Source of the DNA: Amphiscolops sp. MND2022
Taxonomy: Eukaryota
NCBI GenBank assembly: GCA_964187785.1
Contig: OZ076409.1
Coordinates: 1,488,001 to 1,552,000, forward strand
Reading direction: 5' to 3'
Length of the DNA stretch: 64,000 nucleotides
In this document: one piece after another, positions 53,448-64,000 of the stretch
How positions within the stretch are numbered: the first letter of the stretch is position 1
How the letters are laid out: each line of letters starts with the position of its first letter
Program-made: the position numbers and the translations under genes
Notes under the pieces: model-generated
Told to the model about the DNA's origin: nothing
What the model saw: only the letters and a program-made list of their open reading frames with translations
Database searches by the model: none

Positions 53448-54260
53448 AAACCAGAGCCGCATGTGCGGTAAAGGAGTCGGCTTAGGTTTTTTTCTGAAGT
53501 CGAAAAATGGCCCTTTTTTGACCATTTTTAGGCTAATTTTGACTATGTTTCTCACATCCCAGCCATACGATTTTGATGCCATTGCACATATAGGACTCTA
53601 ATATGGTGTAGAATATCTGTAGAAAATTTCGTTCGAATCGTATGGACAGTTTTTGAGAAAATTGAAAAAAGTCGAAAAATGGCTGTTTTTTGGCCATTTT
53701 TGGGCTAATTTTGGCTATGTTTCTCACATCCCAGCCATACTATTTTGATGCCATTGCACATATAGGACTCTAATATGGTGTAGAATATCTGTAGAAAATT
53801 TCGTTCGAATCGTATGGACAGTTTTTGAGAAAATCGAAAAAAGTCGAAAAATGGCTGTTTTTTGGCCATTTTTGGGCTAATCTTGGCTATGTTTCTCACA
53901 TCCCAGCCATACGATTTTGATGCCATTGCACATATAGGACTCTAATATGGTGTAGAATAACTGTAGAAAATTTCGTTCGAATCGTATGGACAGTTTTTGA
54001 GAAAATCGAAAAAAGTCGAAAAATGGCTGTTTTTTGGCCATTTTTGGGCTAATTTTGGCTATGTTTCTCACATCCCAGCCATACGATTTTGATGGCTTTG
54101 CACACGCAGGGGCCCCTTTGGGTGTAGAATGACTGTGCAAAATTTCGTGAAAATCGTATGGACAGTTTTTGAGAAATTTGAAATTTTCATGAAAAGGTCG
54201 GGAGAAAAAAAAAACAACACGATTGCATAAGTAGTCGAAAATTTTTTCCGACTCCTAAAA
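53448..54260 (-). mobile_element. Helentron-type family B element with internal 172-bp tandem repeats
   Basis: Hairpin CCGCATGTGCGG then AGGAGTCGG at left, CCGACTCCTAAAA at right; three-plus 172-bp units (53533, 53705, 53877, 54049); related copies about 55150-55580, 20745-20850, 59860-59950. Confidence 0.75.
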
Positions 54261-54578
54261 AATTACACGTCTAGACAAGGATCACGTTTCTTAGGATCAA
54301 ACAGAATTAAATCAATAAAACACAGGCATTCCACTTGTAAATAATTTAGGATTTAAAAAATGAATTATTTGGAAAGCAACGAACATTCGTTATGAGATGA
54401 AGAAAAAACGAACGCAATTTTTGACATGTGATTTCGCCATTTGTTTCGCCAAAAAAATCAGTTGTTTAGAAAATGGTATCGAAAAAAAACAATCACTGCC
54501 TGAAAATGTGCTGATTATTATTTCTATGTTTCTTGTTTTTTTTTTTACTTTCTATTCATCGTCTGTTGTTTGTTTCAG

Positions 54579-54595
54579 ATTTCCCCTCCTGTTGA
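54579..54595 (+). CDS. Candidate terminal coding exon (DFPSC-stop)
   Basis: Long polypyrimidine tract ending tgtttcag|, phase 1, then TGA; short, so weakly supported. Confidence 0.4.
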
Positions 54596-55964
54596 TCGAA
54601 GGGGGGGGGGGAGAAAGAATTTATTTTTACCCCGACCAACTTTTGCCACTTCACCTTCTTTTCTTCTGCAGCAGCATTATTGGAAATTTTTACACGACAG
54701 CGACCGAGTGATTGTTGAGGACTTAGAGTTAATTATTTAATTGCCTAATTAATTAATTGATTCATTACTACGATTAAGTTGCATTATATTTGACATTGTT
54801 TTCTTTTGATATGATTGTCGGTGCCTTAATTGAATAATTAATTAATCAGAAAAAACAATCTGCGCTTTCTGTTTATTATTCCAATCTTTCAATCAATTCA
54901 ATTTTCAATCTCTCAATTTTTTGGTTTACGAGTTCTCATAAATTCACGTTTGCAACCTTTTTCAAAAAGGAAACTGAAAACAAAATTCCAGAAAAATTGT
55001 CAAGGAATAATGGCATACATGAAGGACATTTTCATTGCTGTTATATGGATTTTTGCAAAAAAAAACGATTTTTTTTCACTCAAATGAATTCAATCAAAAT
55101 GCATGAACGCACAGTGCATTTTGCGCAACTTTCGACGTAATAGTTCTCAAAACCAGAGCCGCATATGCGGTAGAGGAGTCGGCTCAGGTCTTTTTCCTTC
55201 TGAATCGCTCGAATCCCAGTCATACGAATTTATTGAAATTACACATAAAGTACCATTAATATGGTTTAGAATGACTGTAGAAAATTTCGTTCGAATCGTA
55301 TGGACAGTTTTTGAGAAAATCGAAAAAAGTCGAAAAATGGCCGTTTTTTAGCCATTTTTGGGATAATTTTCGCTATGTTTCTCACATTCCACTCATACGA
55401 TTTTCATTCCTTTGCGCATGCAGGGGCTACTTTGGGTGTAGAATGACTGTGCAAAATTTTATGAAAATAGTATGGACAGTTTTTGAGAAATTTGAAATTT
55501 TCATGAAAGGTTGGGACAAAAAAACAATAAAAAAACGACACGATTGCATAAGTAGTCGAAAATTTTTCCGACACCTGAAAAACTTCCAATCTGCCTCATT
55601 CCCACTTTTCCTATCTTTTGAATTGAAAAAATACAGAAAAATGGGTGAAAACTGTAAAGAAAAGTGATTTTGTTGGGTTTTTGCTCTTTCTGCTGTTTAT
55701 TCATCGCTGAAATCATTGCAAAATTGCGTTCAGCGGACTGATTTTCAAACAAATCTAAATTCAGGAGTTTCTTTGAAATTTGGAGTAACTTTTGAAAACT
55801 TTTCCGGTAAAGCCTAAGAATTTTCATTGAGCATAATCAAATAACCGTATAATTTGCCGTTTTCATATGAAACGAAAAGTCTTAGTTCTATCACGGGAAT
55901 TCTTCCTTCTCCAACACTTTTTGCTAATAACTACTAGAATAGCTGAAAAGTACTTACAACTTGT

Positions 55965-56443
55965 TTTTAGTCGGCGTTTTCGAAAAAAAGCACGACTCTT
56001 ACAGTGGCTAGTTTTTTTTCGTCAGTTCAACGCGATCGGTCCACTTTTTTTGTTAATTTGTTCAACTTCTTGGCCGACTAATTTTCTGGGGTCTGAGAAG
56101 CAGGAGAGCGTGGGTTCGAGTCTCGCCCTAAACCACATAAAGTAGAGGGGAGACCAAAGGGTCCCCCCTTTGCGTTTTTTTTCGGCACCATGCGACATTT
56201 TTCCGAAAATTTTTGAATTCTATCAAAGGGTACCCCCTTGAATTTTTGGAAGTTTTCGGTTTGTAAAAAACGTTTAATAAGCCTAAAGGGTCTCTTTTTG
56301 TGTTTTTCGGCAATATGTGACTTTTTTTACCAAATACTTTTTTTCGAAAAAAAACTAATTTTTTCCATGTTTTTCCAATTGTTGTTCCTTGAATATTTTT
56401 GAGCCTTAGATATGAAGCCGACTTGGGCCGTTCCCGGCTTGTT
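55965..56443 (+). mobile_element. Helentron-type family A copy
   Basis: TTTTTAGTCGGCG ... GCCGACTTGGGCCGTTCCCGGCTTGTT. Confidence 0.75.
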
Positions 56444-57291
56444 CTTTTCTATTCGGGCGTTTTTGATGAAATTCTTCCTGAAACAGTTTGAGGGCAATAC
56501 TTTTGGGGAAAAGAATTACTAAAATTGTCGAAAAGCGCGATAATTGGTCGCACTGGAATTATCCTAACCGTAATTATCATCCAGAAAACGCTCGAGTTCA
56601 ACCCAAACATTTTCCAAGAAGAATCTTTCGCAATTCGACGTTGAAGAAAAAATGTCAGAAACTAGGCGATAACACTCTTCCTGGGACGAAAAGTCTCGAT
56701 CCCATTTGCTTGTTTCATTTGGTTTTGCCTTGAATTTTTCCCAAAACAGGTCTTCACCATTTTTTAGGATTTTAACCCGATTTTAGGATTAGTCGGGGTA
56801 TTCATACATTCAGTTTATCGTTTTTCAGAATTGAGAGCACACTATAAAAATCAACAAACAGCTCAACTTGATTGATGATTTTTGAATGATTTTATACACT
56901 ACTTTCAAATTTTACAAAACCCTGGGGATATAATGCTTTTCAAAATTACACCCTAGCTTCTTGATCTATCCGAGTCGCCACCTGCAGTTTGATTTGGTTG
57001 CAATTGCGAGCGGTGTTGAATTCGAACATCTTGTTTCCCCTATGTGGAGAAATATCAGTCTGGTGAAAGGTAGGGACAGGATTCGTTTGACACTATCTCC
57101 AGTGCACCTTCAAAATTACCTAGAATTTCAATGAAACGTACTGCATTAGTCACCTCCGTTTACTTAATTAATTAATTCCGGTTACTTAATTAATTCATAT
57201 CCGGATAATTTGGATCTTCGTTCAATTCGTATGAATCTGAGACCCCACTTCGCGACAACCAAAGTGATACCATCCACTTAAATTCGTTTTT

Positions 57292-57401
57292 CTCATTATT
57301 TGTACTATTTTATTCGATCCCTAGCGATACGAATTAGGCGGATGCACTCATTATTTGTACTATTTTATTCGATCCCTAGCGATACGAATTAGGCGGATGC
57401 A
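57292..57401. repeat. Exact 55-bp tandem duplication
   Basis: CTCATTATTTGTAC...GGCGGATGCA twice. Confidence 0.9.
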
Positions 57402-58724
57402 ACTATATAACTTTCCTCACAGAAAAAGCGGTTTTTTGGAAAATTAAATTCATCTCACTGTAAGTAAACATTTAGCTTGCCTTTACAGTCCCAGCCAGTT
57501 AGTCTGTTTTTATTAATTATTATAATGGCCTAATAAAAATATCCATATAAAAGTTGTGGTGCTATTATTGTGTATTGAACAGTCTTTAAGGATTGTGAGA
57601 TTAACTAGCACCCAATTTCCTTCCTTTCAAACTGTCGAATTCTCGAGCAATTTCGTCTCTGATCGCTTCCACTACTTCCCGCGTGCTATTCAGACCTCCG
57701 ATATCTCTGGTTTTGACCTAAGCAGTACAGACAAAATGGTAAGTGGTGCCTTGTGCACATGCCGACTACTTATTTAAAATCATTAAAATCAATTAAAATC
57801 CAGGGTTCTTTGAATGTGTATGACAAAAAACTTGCTTAAAAACAATGAAAAACTATAATTCTTTCATCATATCTTGCTCAGATAAGAGTCCCAGTCATAA
57901 TTCAAAGTTGAGAAGATAAATCCTTTCTAAAGATATTTATCCGGCCGGATTCTGTCGATAGTCCAGTCGGATCTGGGACCGAGCACTTTGGCTGAGATCT
58001 GGTCAAATATCGGACCGAACTTGATTGATGTTGAACAAAAACCATTCCTAGTTTAAACTTGAAAAAAATCCTTCAAATTTCGAAATGGTTACAATGAAAA
58101 AACAGTATACATTTTCACGATTTTCATATTTGCTGATTTCGGAAATTGGAAAAGTTCTGTCATAAATTCTTATTGATAGTCTCAACGATGGATTTTTCGA
58201 CTACATTGGGTCTTTCTTAGGTGTTTTGGTAGCAAAAAATTGTAACTTTTTCTCCAAAAAAGCGTACTGCATAGCTAGTTCTTTCGTTGTTGAACTTTTT
58301 GAACTTTCTAACACACTAAATCTCTCGAAAAAGACACAAAAATCGCATGAAAAACGTCAAAATTCGAAATAAAAAATTGAACTATGCAACTTTTGTTGAA
58401 CACACACCAAGTCAAAACATATTTCACAAAAACATTTGCAAGAACGAATAATAACAACATTTAGCATAGTAATTTATTATCAGCACTTTATGAAGGTCAG
58501 TACTTAAGGAGGCGATTCCAAGAAAAACTACGATGATTGGAAAGGTTAATCAGCACTTATAAAAGCTTAATAATGGAACAACTATTTATAAATCCTTTCT
58601 TGACCTTTTGTCTGAACTCCCACTTTTATATCCTTCACAAATATCACCGAGGTGGTTAAACCGCTAACAAGGGTAGTTTGGGGATTCTTCTTATCAGCCA
58701 GAAATTTGAGATGACACGAGGGTA

Positions 58725-59064
58725 AACAAGTCGGGACCGGCCCAAGTCGGCGTCATAGCTAAGGCTCAAAAATAGCAAAAGGACTTCAAAGTGTCAAAGT
58801 ATTCTCTTCTACAGCACCCGAAATTTTTTTGGAAAGTCTCAATGCCGAACAAAATTGAAAGGGGGGACACTTTGGTCTTTCCGGTATTGTATGTTACACG
58901 GGAAACCTTTTTGGTTCAGTTCCCTGTGCGAACAGGGGCAATTTGAAATTTTATAGAGCTTTTGGTAGAACTATTTTGGTCACTTCAGGTGTATCGAAAA
59001 AAACACTGACGAAAAGCCATGACTATAGTCGGCTCTCTTCAAGAAAAGAAGCGCCGACTAAAAA
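58725..59064 (-). mobile_element. Helentron-type family A copy
   Basis: Family termini. Confidence 0.75.
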
Positions 59065-60478
59065 TAGGAGAAAAAGAAAGATTGATGAATGTCATTTGTT
59101 GGCTATTTGTTATAGGCACAGAACGGGAAACGATCATCAAACCACTGGATGACAGTCTGCAAAATGCAGGAAGTAACAGAAATTTCTCCGTGAAACTGAT
59201 AACTGGAAGGGGTGATGCATTCAGGGTTACCGAAAATATTATTTTGAACATATTTGAGTCAAAAATACAATTATTTTATTTCTATTCTCAAAAATAAATA
59301 ATTGCAAAACATTTGTTTCAAAAATAAATTATTGCAATAATTGCAATAATTTCACAATATATTTTACTATTATATGATTATATATAACAATTATATAACT
59401 TTTGAAACAGTTTCTGCCGACCAGAGTTCCCTGTCATAATGGAGAAATTGAATGGCCTCCACATGCAGTGGTGACAATGCATGTCGCAAATGAGTTTGTG
59501 TCAACCGATGCGACGCAATTCTATTGGCTGACGACGCAATTCGTTATTGCAGAATTATTTTGCGGTTAAATAAATAATTAGTATTTCAAGATTCAAAAAT
59601 AAATAATTTTTATTCCATCATCTCAAAAATGAATTATTTTTATTTATTTATTGCAATTATTTCTGTTGAAATAATTTTTTCGGAACCCTGGATGCATTGC
59701 CGCCAAAATGCACAAATACATGTACCGCCGACTCACCATCAATTCCGATATGGCTTCAAATGTTTGAATTTTAGTAAACTCTGGGTATACGACAAAGAGT
59801 ATTCCAGCGAAGCTTTTGTAAATTGTAATTGATGAACACGTTAAGATTGAAAAAAAGACAGTTTTTGAGAAATTTGAAATTTTCATTGAAACGTCGGGAG
59901 AAAAAAAAGGTACGAGTGCATAAATGGTCAATTTTTTTTTCGATTCCAAAAAATTTCTATAGATATGGATTCTAGATACGAAACTTCAATTGTTCGCACT
60001 TAGAAAAACTTTACACTCGCCAAAAAGCAAATGTCAGTCGTTTTATGATATTTCCACCAATCTTGAAGACAACAGGTCAATGGTTCAATTCTAGCAGCCG
60101 AGGTAGATTTTTTTACAGGATGGCGTTGCGCGAACGTTGCAGACAGAAGGTTCGAACCTGGCCAACGCCAATATTTTTCAATTCAAAAAACTACAACACT
60201 AAGGCGAAGCGCATTATTTCTCAGGACATGCATCATTTGAAAAATAAGTAGCAAGAGCGACATTTAGATTTCCGTCAGAATAACAGCGATAATTTTTGTT
60301 TTGAAATCTAATCGAATTACAAAAAGTTACAAGTAATAAACTTGTCGCTGGACTTTTTCGTCCTGTTCACAAAAAACAGCTGGTAGCGAGATGATGCATG
60401 GTATATTTCATAAAATGACGATATACATCAATTTACAGCAAGTGATATAAATTTTGTATTTCTTCGATGTCAAAACGA

Positions 60479-60932
60479 AACAAGCCGGGAACGGCCCAAG
60501 TCGGCGCCATATCTAAGGCTCAAAAATAGCAAAAGGACTTCAAAATGTCAAAGTATTCTCTCTACAGCACCCGAAAAGTTTTTTTAAAAAAACTCTCACA
60601 ATGCGCTCAACAAGCTTCTCAAATATGCAAAGTCTCTTTGAAGGGGGGACTCTTTGGTGAGAAAAAAAATTTTCGAAAAAAAAGTCGCACAATGCCGAAA
60701 AAAATTTAAAGGGGGGACGGACCCTTTAGTCTCGCCCGGTAATGTATGTTACGCGGAAAAAAGGAAAACCTTTTTGGTTTAGTTCCCTTGGCCAACAGGT
60801 GAAATTCGAAATGTTGTAGAACTTTTGGTAGAACTATTTTGGTCAGTTCATGTCTATTTTGGTCTTAAAAAAACACTGACGAAAAGTCATGATTATAGTC
60901 GACTCTTTTCTTAAGAAAAGCGCCGACTAAAA
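60479..60932 (-). mobile_element. Helentron-type family A copy
   Basis: AACAAGCCGGGAACGGCCCAAGTCGGCGCC ... AAGCGCCGACTAAAA. Confidence 0.78.
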
Positions 60933-62579
60933 ATAGTTGTACTTCTGACAAACGTCAAAAGAATTTTGCCAGTGACTTTTTTTGTGAAATTAGGAAGTAG
61001 ACACTTCATAGGCTTCGAACTTTCTTCGATAACAATTTCAAGTGACTTTAGCGTTTTGGTACCATAGTGTGAAAGTATACTTTTCTGATTTATAATTTGA
61101 ACCTTATATATTTTGAGACTTAACATCTAGAAATTGAACTGACTATAAACTCTCATAAACAGCTGAAGTTTATCTTTTCACAACAGGAAGTGTCGAAAAA
61201 CTTAGTTTTGACCATATCAAAAGATTTTTGTTTCCAACTTGTTAAACGGGTCGCCAATTTATGCAGACCTGCTGGGCTTGCTTCTAGATTCCAAATTAGT
61301 GAAATAATCGCAGATCTTTTTTCTCGTGAAAACTTACCTTCGAGTCAGCAAGAACTTTGAAGACTGCTTTGTTGAACAAATTGGCGTGTTCCGTTAAACT
61401 GCAAACACAGAAACCAAAATTGACGCGTGAAACATTTTTCAGACAACTCACTAAACTCGGTTCGAATTTGTATGACAAACTTACTCGGGGCTTTTGTACA
61501 AATTTCAAAACTTCAAGGCTAAACAATTTGGCATTACCCTTGCAGTAGTGTTCTAGCCAAAATTTTCCAAAAAATCATTCTAAGCCTGTCAAAAATCGAA
61601 AAACTCGAATTAAGACTTACTAAAATTTTCATTTTTCAACTTCTCAATATGAGTCGTAGAAACTAAAAATGAACATTTTTAAAAACTAGATTAAGTTCTA
61701 GGAATTAGCTGACAATTTTTTGTATCTCCAAAACAGTTGATGAAATATTTGCTTTTGAATTTGAGTCATTTTGAGTAATGGAGTTGCGATATTTCAGAAC
61801 GGCATCGAAAAAAGCTTCTGACCGGACGTGTCGTTATGTCTGATCGTGAATTTGAACTTACCAAAGATGTTTCAGCATTTCGGCCGAACTTCTCAAATGA
61901 GCAATTGGATTGGCAATTCCTGTACCAGCCAGACTTTTACCACTGTTTCTCGTTGCCTAAAATTCAAAAATCAATTTCGTCCAACGGAAAAAATAATAAA
62001 CTGATCTGCTTTCCATCAGGCATCCAAAAAAGTTCTTTGCGCAACATATATTTTAGGAAACTAACTTGGGGTCTCAGTAATATTACTGCTGCAACTGCGA
62101 AAAACTTCAAAAAAGGAATATTCACTATGTTCACAATGTTTCTGGGATGGAAATTCGGAAAAGCTCCTCAAATTAATTCTTTTTCGAGTTTTGCAAAGAA
62201 AAATTCAATTTGAAGCATCCAAGCCTTTTACTCGAGCTTTGCTACTTTTATAAAGCAGATACTGGAATTCCTAATGCACCGAAAATTAAAAATTGATCTC
62301 AAACAGCAGAAACTTTGTTCGTGATTTCTGATTGGTTGAAAATGCGCATTGGATAAAGCCGAAATAACGTAGTCAGCAAAAATTCACATATCACTAGTAC
62401 CCTAAATTCGGGAGCCAAACGACGTGCCGCTACTAGTCCAGCGCCTGGTTTTGACGAAGGCCAACGTGAAGCAGCGTGAGCCAACCGGGAGGAAGGCCGA
62501 GCCATACGACCAGTATTTTTTTATATTGGCTCATATAGTACTAAAATGTAGTAATTTGAATTCGACTTTTGTGACCTAT

Positions 62580-63293
62580 TTTATTGAATGGCGTTTCAGC
62601 ACCCGGCGCAGGCGACTAGTTGAATGCTGTGCCATCTTCTACTAATGGCCTCCGGCTAGAAAGCAGACAGTTTCAGATAGCCGCTGGTCTTCGTTTGGGA
62701 GCTTCAGTTTCTATCAAACACACTTGTGCGTGCGGTCCCCAGGTGGAGGCTTCAGGCAACCATGCCCTTGTCTGCGCAAAACCCAAAGGGAGGCATATGC
62801 GACACAGACTTGCAAATGACATTGTGAAACACACTTTGCAACAGCAGAGCTGCCGTCCACACTTGAACACTCCGGTCTCTGTATTTCGAACGCAAAACGA
62901 CCTGACGGTTTAACATTACTCCCCTACAGTAGGGGCAAGGCTTTAGTTTGGGATTTCACCTGTGTTCACCGACTTGCAGCCTCTTATACAGGGTTGAGTA
63001 ATCATGTTGGAGCAACAGTAGCAGAACAAGCGGAGTCTAAAAAGTTGAGAACTTATCAAGAATTGGAGCAAAACTATACTGTACAGCCTATTGCAATTTA
63101 ATCACTTGGCGGTATCGGCTCAGATTCATTCAAATTCCTGAAAGACCTCGGAAGACGGATGAGTTTAGTCTCCGGGAACACTGTAGAACCAGCCTTCCTC
63201 CGTCAAAGACTTGCTATTGCAGTCCAACGTGGTAACGCTGCCTGCATTTTAGAAAATCTACAGTCGCTATGCTCGGACAACAAAGACTGTTAA
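62580..63293 (+). mobile_element. 3' fragment of a CRE-like non-LTR retrotransposon (zinc knuckle plus restriction-like endonuclease), pseudogenised
   Basis: GAGD*LNAVP, CACG..GNHALVC, RH..RH, PDGLTLLPYSRGKALVWDFTC, AESKK, LRQRLAIAVQRGNAACIL; stops and a frameshift. Confidence 0.85.
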
Positions 63294-63404
63294 CCCAGTA
63301 TTGTTTTGACATATTACCATTTCCCCCTTTTTATGTTTCCATCTGTTTACTTGCTTGAATGTTCTATTACTTGAATACTTCTATTAATTTTATAACACTG
63401 TTGT

Positions 63405-63867
63405 TTTTTAGTCGGCGCTTTTCTAGAGAAAAGAGTCGACTATAGTCATGGCTTTTCGTCAGTGTTTTTTTAAGAACACCTGAACTGACCAAAATAGTTC
63501 TACCAAAAGTTCTACAAAATTTCAAATTTCACCTGTTGGCCCAGGGAACAGAACCAAAAAGGTTTCCTGCGTAACATACAATACCGGACGAGACCGAAGG
63601 GTCCCCCATTTAGATTTTTTTCGGCATTGTGGACTTTTCCCAAAAAAATTTCCCAAAGGGTTCCCCTTCATTTCTTGGAGATTTACGGCAGAATCGATGT
63701 TGAAAAATCCCAAAGGACCCCCCTTTCGTTTTTTTTTCGGCAGAGAGCCTTTTTCAATTTTTCTTTCATCAAAGGGTCCCCAATTCACCAACACTTTGAC
63801 TCTTTGAAGTCCTTTTGTTATTTTTGAGCCTTAGATTTGGCGCCGACTTGGGCCTTTCCCGGCTAGT
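63405..63867 (+). mobile_element. Helentron-type family A copy
   Basis: Family termini. Confidence 0.75.
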
Positions 63868-64000
63868 TTAATTAATGACTAATTGTCACTATACATGTGG
63901 GATCAACCCAAGATTTATCGCTATGTAGGGGCTTAAGCTGATACGGATTGTTTTTAAGGTCACAAGCGGACCCCAAGCTCATTCCAATAATACCTCATGT

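Noticed and set aside
53533..54140. Three near-identical short ORFs; CRISPR-like periodicity
   Set aside because: 172-bp tandem repeat with no unique spacers and no cas genes; eukaryotic context

Overview
AT-rich, repeat-dense animal genomic DNA with spliceosomal introns (species not determinable from the sequence). The only host gene content is a + strand Shaw/Kv3-family voltage-gated K+ channel locus split over many small exons. It has an S6 exon at 9167-9403 whose S1-pore exons lie upstream of the window. A second complete S1-S6 cassette follows (17571-39148) with a long low-complexity C-terminus ending near 54595. I found no T1 domain or in-frame start codon between the two S6-containing units, but phase-compatible small exons can join them in frame. 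This suggests a tandem (two-repeat, 12-TM) Shaw channel or two alternative TM cassettes sharing one N-terminus. Two introns need GC donors. The introns hold a 2.5-kb Polinton/Maverick derivative (AGTAGT terminus, ~274-bp TIRs, 6-bp TSD) carrying an adenain-type protease pseudogene and a 5'-truncated hAT transposase. They also hold a decayed Ty3/Gypsy element, many Helentron-type non-autonomous elements (some nested), MITEs, tRNA-derived fragments and minisatellites. A CRE-like non-LTR fragment lies near the window end. Exon boundaries were inferred by eye and need RNA confirmation.
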